64,000 nucleotides of DNA. Source: an uncultured Porphyromonadaceae bacterium (lineage in GTDB: Bacteria; Bacteroidota; Bacteroidia; Bacteroidales; Barnesiellaceae). Under the pieces are notes generated by a model. That model was not told the origin of the DNA, did no database searches, and was given only the letters and a program-made list of their open reading frames with translations. The position numbers and the translations under genes are program-made. Numbering within the stretch: position 1 is the first letter of the stretch; each line of letters begins with the position of its first letter. The stretch is from positions 260,273-324,272 of the forward strand of contig UPYI01000001.1 in the NCBI GenBank assembly GCA_900538555.1, written 5' to 3'. Shown in pieces: positions 51,136-63,587 of the stretch.

Positions 51136-51176
51136 AAGAAAGCGAGCCGAATGATTCGGTCCGCTTTCTTTTTATA
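51136..51176 (+). terminator. Rho-independent terminator after the second pectin methylesterase gene
   Basis: GAAAGCGAGCCGAA pairs with TTCGGTCCGCTTTC, followed by a TTTTTAT run. Confidence 0.7.
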
Positions 51177-51235
51177 AATAAGTTAATTGAGATTACTTTC
51201 CGGTGATACAGTTCCAATACATAAAGGTAAAGTCA

Positions 51236-51362
51236 TAATGTCCAACCGGCTGTGTCGCCATCGGAATTCGGGCTAAGTCGTTTACGCCAGTAAACTCCTG
51301 TCGTCCTCATCCCCGGCGCCTTGCAATCTTAGAGATTCTAACGCACCGACAATACCCCGACA
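51236..51362. repeat. Family-2 mosaic intergenic element
   Basis: Roughly 85% identical to 61093-61220. Contains ATCGGAATTCGGGCTAAGTCGTTTACGCCAGTAAACTCCTGTCGTCCTCATCC...CTTAGAGATTCTAACGCACCGA. Confidence 0.7.
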
Positions 51363-51374
51363 TACCTTCGACAA

Positions 51375-53297
51375 TCAGAAGCGCTTGGCAATTTCATCGG
51401 TAGAGATCACCGTGAATACAGCCTTTCCGTCGGCTGTATAACGGGGCGTTTCGAGTTGCAGCAGATCCCCTGCCAGCCGTTCCATTTCGACCGGCGACAA
51501 AAGCTGTCCTACGGGTATTGCAGCGGCTTCCGCCAATACCATAGCCATCCGTTCCTGCACATCGGATAGAGCATCTCCGCTTCCTTTGCCCGAAGCGGAT
51601 TCGATAATCTGATCGACCAATTGCTGTACATTCACACCTTCGATACCGGAAGGCACTCCATTGACAGCATACGAGTACTGTCCCATATCGGACAATTCGA
51701 AACCCAAAGCCGACAGTTCTTCGGTAACCGTTGCCAGTACTGCCGCCTGCGATGCCGTCAGTCGTATCATCTCCGGGAACAACACCCGTTGCGAAACACA
51801 TTTCCGGGTACGGATACCGGTTATATACCGTTCAAACAGAATCCGGGTGTGTGCCCGATGCTGGTCGATTATCATCAGCCCCGATTTCGTGGAGGTAAGA
51901 ATATATCTACCTTTGAATTGAAGATACATGGCTCCGGCGGCAAAATCACCCGACGGTGCAGCACTATCCAAGCCACTGATAACCGGTGCCGCGGGAGTTT
52001 CGGGAAGATCGGAGAATTGCATCCCGAAGTTTGCCTTCGAAGGGATATTACGCTCTTCCACCGGAGAATCGGCTACGGGAATATCGGCAGATGCCGGTTC
52101 GGTAAAGTTTTCGTACAACTTCTTCCAATCATAATCGGGCCGCGAAGGACGATAGGCAGAAGCCGACGTTCCACCGCCTCCCCCCGATGCCCGAAACGGA
52201 TTGTAGGTAGTATCTACTCCCATTTGAGGTTGCGCGACCTTATCGCCGGGATGATACACGGGAATATCGGGGGCATCGTCGGTATCGAAGTCGATCGAAG
52301 GAACGGCATTGAATTTGCCCAACGATTCACGCACCGCCGCCGAAACGATTTGCCAGATCGGCTGTTCGTTTTCGAATTTGATTTCGGTTTTGGTCGGATG
52401 GATATTTACGTCGATCGTATCGGGATCGACTTTGAAGTTGAGAAAATAATTGGGCATCTCGTCCGCACCGATCAGTTTTTCATAACAACGGGTCACGGCT
52501 TTGTGAAACGCCGGATGACGCATATAACGTCCGTTTACAAAAAAGTATTGCAGGGCATTCCGCTTACGGGCGGCTTCGGGGCGGCATACATAGCCGGAAA
52601 CCGTTATCAGCGAGGTTTCCACCTCCACGCTCAATAACTGGGTGTTCATGCCCTTACCGAAAAGCGAAACGATACGTTGCCGCAAATTGGATGCCGGCAA
52701 GTTGAACAATTCGGTATCGTTGTGGATCAACGAAAAAGCTATACCGGTATTGATCAATGCCATTCGTTCGAATTCATTGAGAATGGCACTCAATTCCACT
52801 TGGTTGGATTTCAGGAAACGTCGGCGAGCCGGAACATTGAAAAAGATGTTACGCACGGCAAAATTGCACCCAACCGGTGTCGATACGCTTTCCTGCCCCT
52901 CACAACGGGATGCGGAAATACGGACACAAGTACCGACCTCGTCTTCTTCGCGGCGGGTACGCAGTTCGACTTGGGCAATGGCGGCTATCGAAGCCAATGC
53001 CTCACCCCGGAATCCCATAGTACGCAGCGTAAAGAGATCGTCGGCTGTACGAATCTTGGAAGTCGCATGTCGTTCGAATGCCAACCGGGCATCGGTTTCG
53101 GACATACCTTTACCGTTATCAATGACTTGGATCAAAGTACGTCCCGCTTCCTTCAACACAATCTGAATGGAAGTGGCTCCGGCGTCTACTGCATTTTCGA
53201 CCAGCTCCTTAATGACGGATGCCGGGCGTTGTATCACCTCTCCGGCTGCAATCTGATTGGCTACCGAGTCGGGCAACAGGTGTATGACATCGCTCAT
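51375..53297 (-). CDS. mutL: DNA mismatch repair endonuclease MutL
   Basis: The GHKL ATPase N-terminus ([21 protein letters not shown]...VIDNGKGM) and a C-terminal dimerisation/endonuclease domain. Length 640 aa. Confidence 0.95.
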   Translation of the reverse strand: MSDVIHLLPDSVANQIAAGEVIQRPASVIKELVENAVDAGATSIQIVLKEAGRTLIQVIDNGKGMSETDARLAFERHATSKIRTADDLFTLRTMGFRGEALASIAAIAQVELRTRREEDEVGTCVRISASRCEGQESVSTPVGCNFAVRNIFFNVPARRRFLKSNQVELSAILNEFERMALINTGIAFSLIHNDTELFNLPASNLRQRIVSLFGKGMNTQLLSVEVETSLITVSGYVCRPEAARKRNALQYFFVNGRYMRHPAFHKAVTRCYEKLIGADEMPNYFLNFKVDPDTIDVNIHPTKTEIKFENEQPIWQIVSAAVRESLGKFNAVPSIDFDTDDAPDIPVYHPGDKVAQPQMGVDTTYNPFRASGGGGGTSASAYRPSRPDYDWKKLYENFTEPASADIPVADSPVEERNIPSKANFGMQFSDLPETPAAPVISGLDSAAPSGDFAAGAMYLQFKGRYILTSTKSGLMIIDQHRAHTRILFERYITGIRTRKCVSQRVLFPEMIRLTASQAAVLATVTEELSALGFELSDMGQYSYAVNGVPSGIEGVNVQQLVDQIIESASGKGSGDALSDVQERMAMVLAEAAAIPVGQLLSPVEMERLAGDLLQLETPRYTADGKAVFTVISTDEIAKRF

Positions 53298-53312
53298 CGC
53301 AACTTTTCGTTT

Positions 53313-54968
53313 TTAATGTTTGAACTTATGTTTCGTGGTATTCAGTACCGGTGCCTGCACGGCTTCCGGTTTACGGAATATATCGTCCTTATCGGTGGGC
53401 CGCACACGGTCGTACCAAACGAATCCGGGCAAATAGAGCACATCTTCTTTCAATTCCGGAATCGGTGTCATACGTCCGCTTACGGCAGGCCACATGACCA
53501 GCTTATCGAGTTTCTGATCTTTCAGATACATGGACAGGAAACTGCTTTCCAGCCAATTGTGTCCGGTATAGGTAGAATCGCGCTCCATCGGGTAATAGAT
53601 CGTACGCACATTTCCGCTGACATCGATACGCGACATGAGACCGTCGGTAAAATAAATTTTCATTTCCGTTCCGGAAAGCTGGTCATAATAGTTCCCCTCT
53701 TTATGGTCTACGGCAAATGCTGCCGACGGGATAAATGCGTGGTCGATCGTACTGTCGTTGAGAAAGACCTGTATGCTATCGCCGGTAAGCTGCTGGGTGC
53801 CGCTCCACAAAACGGGAGTATCGTAAAGGGTAATCAACGAGTCGCGCGACAGGAAAGCCACCGAATCGCAAACGCCCTGTGCATCGTTCCGGAAAAAACG
53901 GACACCGTGATATGCCTGGACGAGACGGGTGGAATCGGGCAAACGTTCCATCCGGATGGTATCGGCATGCATATACAAGGTATCGGTACCCGAGAACTCC
54001 AATATCCGGGCAGAGTCGGTAGTGAATGCGTATTCGGTCTTTTCGTTGTAAAAGCCGTATTGCCCCTGCAATATGAGGTGGTGTACCGAATCGCGCAGCG
54101 ACATATTTCCGAAGGCTTCGCCATCCCCTTTATTCCGGTCGTAAAACAACGTGTCGCCGGTAAGGGTCTGCGATTCTCCGACCAACCGGGAACGTTTCAA
54201 CAACATCGCCTGATCGGTTTCGGTATTGTACCAGCCCGCCGTGGAGTAAATGGTATTGCTGTCGGAACGGATCACCGTAGGACCTACAATATCGGCGACT
54301 TTGGTTTCGGTATTGTAATGCAGGGTGTCGGACGTAAGCGTAGCCCGCTCGTTTACCAACAGCACGTCGTTGCGGAAAGTGGCAATTTTCGTATCGGGCG
54401 AATAGCGTCCGAATACCGAAGTCAGGGTATTCTCGCCGTTGATGATCTTCCCGCCGGTAAAATAGTATCCGAAATTGGGATCGAGTTCGTAATTGAAACT
54501 GTCGGTATAGAGCGTAACATCGCGGTTGATCATCCGCACCGATTCGCGCAACCGGGCGATCTGCGTCTTGCCGTTATAGATCAGTTTGTCGCCATAAATA
54601 AAGAGAGTATCACCCTGCTCCATCCGCACATTGCCGTACGCATCGAGCGAGTTGTCGCTTTCGTAGAGATATGCGCTATCGCAATACATGTACATACTGT
54701 CCTTACGAAAACAGACATTGCCGCGTATTACCTGATAATCGGGACCGAGCTTTTTATCGAACGACCATTCGTCGGCACGGATCAGATAGACTTTCCCCTT
54801 TTCGTTGCGCAGAGTATCGGCAGCCGACGAAATCGGGCGCAACGGCTCGACGGAGGGTTTCTCGACGGTACGGGTCTGCGCCCATCCGCAAATTGCCAAC
54901 AGGCATAAGATACCCGCAAGTATCTTATGCCCGTGGTGATGAGAAAAAGGTGTTCGGTTGTTCGTCAT
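53313..54968 (-). CDS. OstA/LptA-like N-terminal domain-containing protein
   Basis: A signal peptide followed by repeated beta-jellyroll-like segments (YLYESDNSLDAYGNVRMEQGDTL) resembling OstA_N. Length 551 aa. Synteny with mutL and the SurA genes is conserved in Bacteroidales. Confidence 0.5.
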   Translation of the reverse strand: MTNNRTPFSHHHGHKILAGILCLLAICGWAQTRTVEKPSVEPLRPISSAADTLRNEKGKVYLIRADEWSFDKKLGPDYQVIRGNVCFRKDSMYMYCDSAYLYESDNSLDAYGNVRMEQGDTLFIYGDKLIYNGKTQIARLRESVRMINRDVTLYTDSFNYELDPNFGYYFTGGKIINGENTLTSVFGRYSPDTKIATFRNDVLLVNERATLTSDTLHYNTETKVADIVGPTVIRSDSNTIYSTAGWYNTETDQAMLLKRSRLVGESQTLTGDTLFYDRNKGDGEAFGNMSLRDSVHHLILQGQYGFYNEKTEYAFTTDSARILEFSGTDTLYMHADTIRMERLPDSTRLVQAYHGVRFFRNDAQGVCDSVAFLSRDSLITLYDTPVLWSGTQQLTGDSIQVFLNDSTIDHAFIPSAAFAVDHKEGNYYDQLSGTEMKIYFTDGLMSRIDVSGNVRTIYYPMERDSTYTGHNWLESSFLSMYLKDQKLDKLVMWPAVSGRMTPIPELKEDVLYLPGFVWYDRVRPTDKDDIFRKPEAVQAPVLNTTKHKFKH

Positions 54969-54971
54969 ACG

Positions 54972-56330
54972 CTATTTTTTGATCCAGCCGTCGTACTTGA
55001 ATTCGCAATTTCGCCACCCTTCCTTGATGCTGACATAGGTGTCGCTTTGTTTTTGGGCAATCCACTGTTGTATGGTTTCCTGACGGCGTTGTTCTTCCAA
55101 CAGCGATTTGATGGTCTGGAAGTCGTCCGACAGGTTCGCCTTGTGTCCCGGTATGCGGTTTTTCAACCGTACAATCGCCACAACTTTCTTGTTTTTCATC
55201 TGATCGATCATGACGAAGGGTTTCGAAATGTCCCCTACTTCCATTCGGGAAACGATCTTCGCTATATCCTGCGGCAACTGGCTCATTTCAAATTTCGTAG
55301 TTCCGGTATACGGATTCATCATGATTCCCTTGTTGTTGCGGGTGTCTTTGTCCTGCGAGGCATATTGCGCCACCTCATCGAAGGTAAATTTCTTCTCGTC
55401 CAAATCGACACAGAGGCTGTCGAGACGTACCAAAGCATCGTTTATATCTTTATCCGCCACGGTAGGCCGTAACAAAATATGACGTGTATTGATGCGGTCG
55501 CCGCGTTTTTCGATCAACTGTATGATGTGGTAACCGAATTCCGTTTCCACGATCTTGGAGACTTTCTTGGGATCGTTGAGATTGAAAGCGACATTGGCAT
55601 ATTCCGATACCAGTTCACCTTTGCCCATAAAGCCCAGTTCCCCGCCACGCAACGCCGATTCCCGGTCTTCGGAGTGAAGAATTGCCAGCGTGGAGAAATC
55701 GCGTTCGCCCTTGTTGATCTGTTCGCTGAAATCGCGCAGACGTGCTTTCACGTTGTCGATCTCCTGCTGCGGAATACGGGGATTGATAGATATGATCTGT
55801 ACCTCGACCTGCAACGGCACATAAGGAATGCTGTCAGCCGGCAGCCGGTCGTAGAACTTACGAACTTCGGCAGGGGTTACTTTAATATCCTGTACCAACG
55901 TACGTTGCACCTCTTGCACCACCGCCTGATCGCGAATGATGTCCGCCAGTTCTTCCCGGATTTCGGAAACGGTTTTCTTGAAATATTCTTCCAGTTTTTC
56001 TTTCGAGCCGATGTTGGCGATAAAGTGGTTGATACGAGCCTCTACCTGTTGGAAAACCGTAGCATCGGGCACCGTGATGGTGTCCAACTTGGCTTGATGC
56101 AGAAACAGTTTCTGGACAGCGATCTGCTCGGGTATGACGCAATAAGGGTCGCCTTCGATACGTTGCCCTTCATACTGCATCTGACGGTATTGTTCCTCGA
56201 CTTCGGAACGGTATATCGGATCGTCGCCGATTACCCATACGACTTCGTCGATCACATTATTCTGAGCGGTTCCCGCAAAGAGAGCGAGGCAAAATGCCAC
56301 CGCCGCCAATCCATGTTTTTTCTTCAACAT
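54972..56330 (-). CDS. Peptidylprolyl isomerase, SurA-like (parvulin)
   Basis: A SurA N-domain plus a parvulin PPIase domain (FGYHIIQL motif). The signal peptide begins at MLKKKHGLAAVAFCLALFAG, so the start is moved from 56393 to 56330. Confidence 0.75.
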   Translation of the reverse strand: MLKKKHGLAAVAFCLALFAGTAQNNVIDEVVWVIGDDPIYRSEVEEQYRQMQYEGQRIEGDPYCVIPEQIAVQKLFLHQAKLDTITVPDATVFQQVEARINHFIANIGSKEKLEEYFKKTVSEIREELADIIRDQAVVQEVQRTLVQDIKVTPAEVRKFYDRLPADSIPYVPLQVEVQIISINPRIPQQEIDNVKARLRDFSEQINKGERDFSTLAILHSEDRESALRGGELGFMGKGELVSEYANVAFNLNDPKKVSKIVETEFGYHIIQLIEKRGDRINTRHILLRPTVADKDINDALVRLDSLCVDLDEKKFTFDEVAQYASQDKDTRNNKGIMMNPYTGTTKFEMSQLPQDIAKIVSRMEVGDISKPFVMIDQMKNKKVVAIVRLKNRIPGHKANLSDDFQTIKSLLEEQRRQETIQQWIAQKQSDTYVSIKEGWRNCEFKYDGWIKK

Positions 56331-56410
56331 ATTTTCATCCTTTATATTCGGAGGAAGCGCAGTTCTGCCTGCGATTCCGAATTTTATCAACAAACAGGTT
56401 TCGTCTTTCT

Positions 56411-57271
56411 TTAATAATAACGTTTTATCGAACCGTCCCGCTCGGCTTCGCGATAAAGATTCTGCTGCAATTCCTTATTGAATTTCACACGAAGCCGGTT
56501 GGAGAGCTGCTCCTCGACCAACGGACGGGCATACTCAAACGGCATCACGCTGCCGGGCAACTGATACTCGGTAATGTGCAGGAAATAATATTCGCCGTCG
56601 GAGTTCAGTTCGAGCGTATGTGTCTTTTTCAGGAATGCGGCATGGTCGGTCACTTCCTGCGGAATGTTCGCCAACACATCCGACAAAAGTACCCAATGAT
56701 CGTAAAAGTAATCGTAGTTGATCGCATTGCGCATCCCGTACTTTTCGATGTTCTCGATATCGTCCTGATCGTCGGACGAATACCATTTGCGCAAAAGATC
56801 GATATCGGGTGCCGTTTCGGGTACACGCAACAAGATGCCTTTGATCAATCCCGACTCCAAGATGAAACGGTTCTGATTTTTCCGATAGAAATCGCGCAAC
56901 TGCGCCTCGTCAAAATCCTTTTCCACCCGCTCGGCGGAATAGCGGCGGCGGTATTCGTAAATGACCAAATCGCGTCGGTACTGCTCTACCGCACGGTCGA
57001 TCCGCCCGGCTTCCGAGATATTTTTCCGGGCTACGTCGTACAGCAATACCCCGTCGATCCACTGCCGGATATAGGCATCGGCAAACTCCGCACTGTCCTG
57101 TGCCGACAGGTTCTTGGGCATCGCTTCGCGCAACTCGGTCCGCGACAACGTATTCTCCCCGATCTGCACCAATGCATCATGATCTGCCGGTTTCAGTTCG
57201 CACGAAACGAGCATCACGAGCATTCCGACACAGCAACTGTATTTCACCTTGTTTTTCTTCATCTCTTTCAA
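56411..57271 (-). CDS. SurA N-terminal-domain-like chaperone lipoprotein (no clear parvulin domain)
   Basis: A lipoprotein signal (LVMLVSC). Helical, SurA-N-like composition. It sits between two bona fide parvulin genes. Length 286 aa. Confidence 0.45.
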   Translation of the reverse strand: MKEMKKNKVKYSCCVGMLVMLVSCELKPADHDALVQIGENTLSRTELREAMPKNLSAQDSAEFADAYIRQWIDGVLLYDVARKNISEAGRIDRAVEQYRRDLVIYEYRRRYSAERVEKDFDEAQLRDFYRKNQNRFILESGLIKGILLRVPETAPDIDLLRKWYSSDDQDDIENIEKYGMRNAINYDYFYDHWVLLSDVLANIPQEVTDHAAFLKKTHTLELNSDGEYYFLHITEYQLPGSVMPFEYARPLVEEQLSNRLRVKFNKELQQNLYREAERDGSIKRYY

Positions 57272-57311
57272 GACTTATTCGCTCCGTAAAGATACGACGA
57301 TCGGCGCAATC

Positions 57312-59255
57312 TTACTGCGCATTAACCGTTTTTAGATTATCTTTATAGATAACTACCGGATATTTTCGGTTCAACGCCTTGATCCATACTTTTTCGAGAT
57401 AGGTCTGATAGTCCGCCGTCACCTGTCCGCGAACGTCGGTATAGGCTTCAGGATATTTTTTCAACATTTTGCCCGAAGTAAATACTACCGGATAGGTTTT
57501 GTCGGTTGCAGGAGCCGAAGCATTGAACGAATAATGGTCTACCCAAGCGTTATCGCCCTGCGCAAATACCCCGCGCTGAATACGTACGGCACGTACCGTG
57601 TCGTTGTTAAATTCCCGATACAACGTGGTAATGACCGAATCGGAATCTATCGTCCGGATACGTTCTTTCACGGCATTCGCTACCGAATCGTTTATAGCTT
57701 GAATGACAAATCCCTTGAACCGGGGCGAAGTCCAAGCATAATCCTTACGGTGTTTCTTGAAATATGCCGCCAGACCTTTGGTATCCTGCGAAGCCTTGTC
57801 CCAAACTTCGCGGGTGCTGATCTCGAACAGCATCATGCCGTCGCGATATTCGTTCATCAAGTTTTTGAATTCGGGATATTTCGATTCCAATGTTCCTTTT
57901 TCCCGATCGATCAATGCTTTCTCGACAGAGCGGTTCAGCCAAGTATCGATAAATGTTTCGGGATTGGCAATGGCTCCGCGCACTTTGCCCATCATCGACG
58001 CCGAGAAATCGGCTACCGAAACGGTCTTACCGTCGAACGAGAAGATAGGTGCATCCACCTTGCTCCATTCGTTCCGTATCGAATCCAGCATCGTCGGCTT
58101 TATATTTTCGAGCTGCTCGATCATACGTGCTTTTTCCGGCTCGTTCACCACCAGATGATACTCCTGTTTGAGTTTTTCGATCATAGCTTCGCGAGCCATA
58201 TTGCCGCGTTCGTCGCGAGCCATCATGCCGGTGATTTCGGAACGCATCTGTTCAAACGGTTTCAGGCTGCGCTTATCCAGCAATTTGATGATATGCCAAC
58301 CGTAAGGCGAAGCTACCGGTTCGGAGATGTCGCCGGGATTTTCAAGGGCATAAGCCGCAGTTTCAAATTCTTTTACATAGCTTCCGATGCCGAACCACGG
58401 CAATTCGCCGCCACGCGAAGCGGTACCTCTGTCTTCGGAATATTTTTTAGCCAACTCAGCAAAGTCGCCGCCGTCGCGCAACTCCTGCATGATCTCTTTT
58501 ACCTGCGCCTCTTTCTGCTCTTTTTGTGCGCTCGTAGCTCCACGGGGCAACAGCAACAAGATATGCGATACCAGACGTTCTCCGGGATCGGCACAACGGC
58601 TGTGCAGTTTGATGATGTGATAACCGAACTGGGTCTTTACCAGATCGGACACTTCGCCGGGCTGCAAGGCATAGGCTGCGGTTTCAAAAGCGTAAACCAC
58701 TCGCCCGCCTCTGAATTTTCCAAGATAGCCGTTCTGCATACGCGACCCGTCTTCGGAATATTCTGCCGCCAGTTTGCCGAAGTCTTCACCTTGACGGATG
58801 CGGTCTAATATCGCCTGGGCTTTTTCCCGAGCCTTTTCATCGGCATCAACCACGCCGTTTTCGGGACGAATGAGGATGTGGCTTACTTCAATATCTTCTC
58901 CCATACGGGCATAGGCTTCACGCGCCAGCTTTTCATCGACCGACGAATCGATCAGATAGGGTTTCGCCAACTCGTCGCGGTAACCTTCCAACTCGGTACG
59001 GAACGCTTCGGTGGTGTCGATACCGGCTGCTTCGGCTTCCGCCACTTTCAGTTTATAGTTTACAAACAGTTTCACATATTCGTCGAGCGATTTATTATCG
59101 ACCTGCTGCTGGCTGTTCTTATTGTAGATATACTCAAATTCCGATTTATGAATATCCTTTCCGTTTATTTTCATTACGACAGGATCGTCGGCAACTTGTG
59201 CCGAAACGGAAGAGACAGCGGCTAAGCAAGCCCATAAAAGCCATTTGTTTTTCAT
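57312..59255 (-). CDS. Peptidylprolyl isomerase with two parvulin domains (SurA/PpiD-like)
   Basis: A signal peptide and the parvulin motif FGYHIIKL (plus a WHIIKL variant) occurring twice. Length 647 aa. Confidence 0.75.
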   Translation of the reverse strand: MKNKWLLWACLAAVSSVSAQVADDPVVMKINGKDIHKSEFEYIYNKNSQQQVDNKSLDEYVKLFVNYKLKVAEAEAAGIDTTEAFRTELEGYRDELAKPYLIDSSVDEKLAREAYARMGEDIEVSHILIRPENGVVDADEKAREKAQAILDRIRQGEDFGKLAAEYSEDGSRMQNGYLGKFRGGRVVYAFETAAYALQPGEVSDLVKTQFGYHIIKLHSRCADPGERLVSHILLLLPRGATSAQKEQKEAQVKEIMQELRDGGDFAELAKKYSEDRGTASRGGELPWFGIGSYVKEFETAAYALENPGDISEPVASPYGWHIIKLLDKRSLKPFEQMRSEITGMMARDERGNMAREAMIEKLKQEYHLVVNEPEKARMIEQLENIKPTMLDSIRNEWSKVDAPIFSFDGKTVSVADFSASMMGKVRGAIANPETFIDTWLNRSVEKALIDREKGTLESKYPEFKNLMNEYRDGMMLFEISTREVWDKASQDTKGLAAYFKKHRKDYAWTSPRFKGFVIQAINDSVANAVKERIRTIDSDSVITTLYREFNNDTVRAVRIQRGVFAQGDNAWVDHYSFNASAPATDKTYPVVFTSGKMLKKYPEAYTDVRGQVTADYQTYLEKVWIKALNRKYPVVIYKDNLKTVNAQ

Positions 59256-59415
59256 TGTTTCATTTTCTATTTAAAGAGTGCCGGCGCACTACGACCGGAC
59301 TCGGTTTTTATAAAAAAACAGTACACTATTTTAACGGGTCAAATATAGTAAAATTATACCGGACTCGCTAAAATAGTGTACTATCGAGTGTGAAAATTTG
59401 TCTTTTTTTCAAATT

Positions 59416-60900
<1,485 letters not shown>

Positions 60901-61092
60901 TTAAAATTTTATTGCACGCAAAGGTAATCATTTTTCGCGGAGTGGATCGCATTTCCGTCTGTTTTTTTACAGTTTTTTTCGCCGACAGGCAATCGCCGCA
61001 ACGAAACAACCAGCAATTTCCCTCCGGCGCACCCCGTCCCGACAATACCGCAACCATACTGCGCCTACCTGCACCGACAAGACAATATGCCA

Positions 61093-61252
61093 TAATGCCC
61101 AATCTGTTGCGTTGCCTTCGGAATTCGGGCTAAGCAGTCTCCGTCAGTAAACTCCTGTCATCCTCATCCTCTGCGCCTTGCATCTTAGAGATTCTAACGC
61201 ACTGAAAAGGGGCTGCTTCAAAATGTAAGTTTTGAAACAACCCCTTGTCGAT
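61093..61252. repeat. Family-2 mosaic intergenic element with terminal hairpin, downstream of recQ
   Basis: The 5' module matches 51236-51330. The sequence ATTCTAACGCACTGAAAAGGGGCTGCTTCAAAA(TGTAAG)TTTTGAAACAACCCCTT forms a terminator-like hairpin at its end. Confidence 0.7.
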
Positions 61253-61303
61253 CGGTTATATCAGTCTCCGGAGCGGAGACCGATACATCCCATATTCATT
61301 TTT

Positions 61304-63481
61304 TTAATTGCCCATTTCGGAAAGGAACTTGATCCGGATCAAACGGATCTCCTCCTCGGTGTATTCCCTGCCGAACTCGTCGATCGCATCTTCGATACTG
61401 TCGCTTTCGCTCTCCTTGAAGTATTCGAAAATATCATCGACATGCTCGTCGTCCATGATTTCGTGCAGGAAGTAGTCGATATTGATTTTCGTACCGGAGT
61501 AAACGATTGCTTCGATCTCGTCGAGCAGTTCGTTGAAATCGAGCCCTTTCGATTCGGCAAGTTCGTCGAGGGCTATTTTCCGGTCGATCGCCTGAATAAT
61601 CGAGACTTTCAGTTTCGACTTGTTGGCTACGGTGCGCACCCGCAAGTCTTCGGGACGTTCGATTTCGTTTTCCTCGACATGCGTTTTGATCACCTTGATA
61701 AACTCCTCGCCATAGCGTTTTGCTTTTCCGGCTCCGACACCGGGTATATTCTGCAACTCTTCGAGGGTAATGGGATAGGTTGTCGCCATAGCTTCCAACG
61801 AAGGATCCTGGAAGATGATATAGGGCGGCAGTTCCAACCGTTTGGCAATCTTCTTGCGCAGGTCTTTCAGTATCGAATAGAGCTCCGGGTCTACGGCACA
61901 CGACGCACCGCCTTTCATCGGCACTTCTTCCTCTTCTTCGAAATCGCTGTCTTTTACGATCTTGAACGATACCGGTTTTTTCAGGAACGCCTTGCCGGCA
62001 GGGGTCACTTTCAGCAATCCGTAGTTTTCAATATCTTTATCGAGATAACCTCCGATCAGCGCCTGACGGATCACTGAGTTCCACGTACGTTCGTCTTCGC
62101 CTTGTCCGGTTCCGTACACTTCCAGATCGTCCTGATGATACGACAGGATTTCGTTCGTTTCTTTCCCCAATAAAACGTCGATCACATGATCGGCTTTGAA
62201 TTTTTCTTTTAATGCAATTACCGTTTCTATTACAGAACAGAGTAAATCTTTCGCTTCCACTTGTTTCTTAGGATTTAAACAATTGTCACAGTTTCCACAA
62301 TTATCCACATTATATTCTTCTCCGAAATAGTGCAGCAACAGTTTGCGACGGCACACCGACGATTCGGCATACGCCGCTGTCTCCAACAAAAGTTGTTTTC
62401 CGATCTCCTGCTCGGCGATAGGTTTTCCCTGCATGAACTTTTCGAGTTTCTGCAAGTCTTTATTTATATAGAACGTGATACACTGTCCTTCGCCTCCGTC
62501 ACGTCCCGCACGTCCGGTTTCCTGATAGTAACCTTCCAGACTTTTGGGAATATCGTAATGGATCACATACCGCACGTCGGGCTTGTCGATACCCATACCG
62601 AACGCAATCGTCGCCACGATCACATCCACTTTTTCGAGCAGGAAAGCATCCTGATTCTGGGTACGTGTAGCCGAATCCATGCCGGCATGGTAGGGCAATG
62701 CGCTGATTCCGTTCACTTGAAGTTTTTCCGCCAGTTCTTCCACCTTTTTCCGGCTCAGGCAGTATATAATGCCCGATTTGCCCGGCTGACCTTTGATGTA
62801 TTTGATAATATCGCGGTCGATATTGGCAGTTTTGGGGCGCACTTCATAGTAGAGGTTGGGACGGTTGAACGAGGATTTGAATACGGACGCATCGTTCATA
62901 CCCAAATTCTTCTGTATATCGTGCTGCACTTTCGGTGTAGCCGTAGCCGTGAGCGCGATCAACGGACGTCCTCCGATCTCGTTGATAATCGGGCGTATGC
63001 GACGGTACTCCGGACGGAAGTCATGCCCCCACTCCGAAATACAGTGCGCTTCGTCCACCGCATAGAACGAGATGTCCACCTGTTTCAGGAATTCTATATT
63101 TTCTTCTTTTGTAAGCGATTCGGGCGCTACATAGAGCAGTTTGGTCTTGCCAGACAATATATCGTTCTTGACCTGATCTATTGCCGCCTTGTTCAGAGAG
63201 GAATTAATAAAGTGTGCGACACCGTCGTCTTCACTAAAATTACGCATCGCGTCCACCTGATTTTTCATCAAGGCGATCAGCGGGGAAATGACTATTGCAG
63301 TGCCCGGGAGCATCAATGATGGTAATTGATAGCATAAAGACTTGCCCCCACCTGTCGGCATCAATACGAATGTATCGTTGCCGTCAAGCAAATTCCGGAT
63401 GATAGCTTCCTGGTTGCCCTTGAAGTGATCGAATCCGAATTTTTGTTTTAAGACTTCTGTCAATTTCGATTTTCCCGCCAT
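61304..63481 (-). CDS. recQ: ATP-dependent DNA helicase RecQ
   Basis: Walker A (PTGGGKSLCYQLP), a DEAH box (VDEAHCISEWGHDFR), a zinc-binding domain, and a C-terminal HRDC domain. Length 725 aa. Confidence 0.95.
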   Translation of the reverse strand: MAGKSKLTEVLKQKFGFDHFKGNQEAIIRNLLDGNDTFVLMPTGGGKSLCYQLPSLMLPGTAIVISPLIALMKNQVDAMRNFSEDDGVAHFINSSLNKAAIDQVKNDILSGKTKLLYVAPESLTKEENIEFLKQVDISFYAVDEAHCISEWGHDFRPEYRRIRPIINEIGGRPLIALTATATPKVQHDIQKNLGMNDASVFKSSFNRPNLYYEVRPKTANIDRDIIKYIKGQPGKSGIIYCLSRKKVEELAEKLQVNGISALPYHAGMDSATRTQNQDAFLLEKVDVIVATIAFGMGIDKPDVRYVIHYDIPKSLEGYYQETGRAGRDGGEGQCITFYINKDLQKLEKFMQGKPIAEQEIGKQLLLETAAYAESSVCRRKLLLHYFGEEYNVDNCGNCDNCLNPKKQVEAKDLLCSVIETVIALKEKFKADHVIDVLLGKETNEILSYHQDDLEVYGTGQGEDERTWNSVIRQALIGGYLDKDIENYGLLKVTPAGKAFLKKPVSFKIVKDSDFEEEEEVPMKGGASCAVDPELYSILKDLRKKIAKRLELPPYIIFQDPSLEAMATTYPITLEELQNIPGVGAGKAKRYGEEFIKVIKTHVEENEIERPEDLRVRTVANKSKLKVSIIQAIDRKIALDELAESKGLDFNELLDEIEAIVYSGTKINIDYFLHEIMDDEHVDDIFEYFKESESDSIEDAIDEFGREYTEEEIRLIRIKFLSEMGN

Positions 63482-63587
63482 ACGGATGTGTGTTTAGTGG
63501 TTTATAAAATCAGGTCGTTCGCATAATTGCGCCTAACAAATTTATAAACAACTACCTTATTTTTCCAATTTTTTTCGGCTATTTTTT

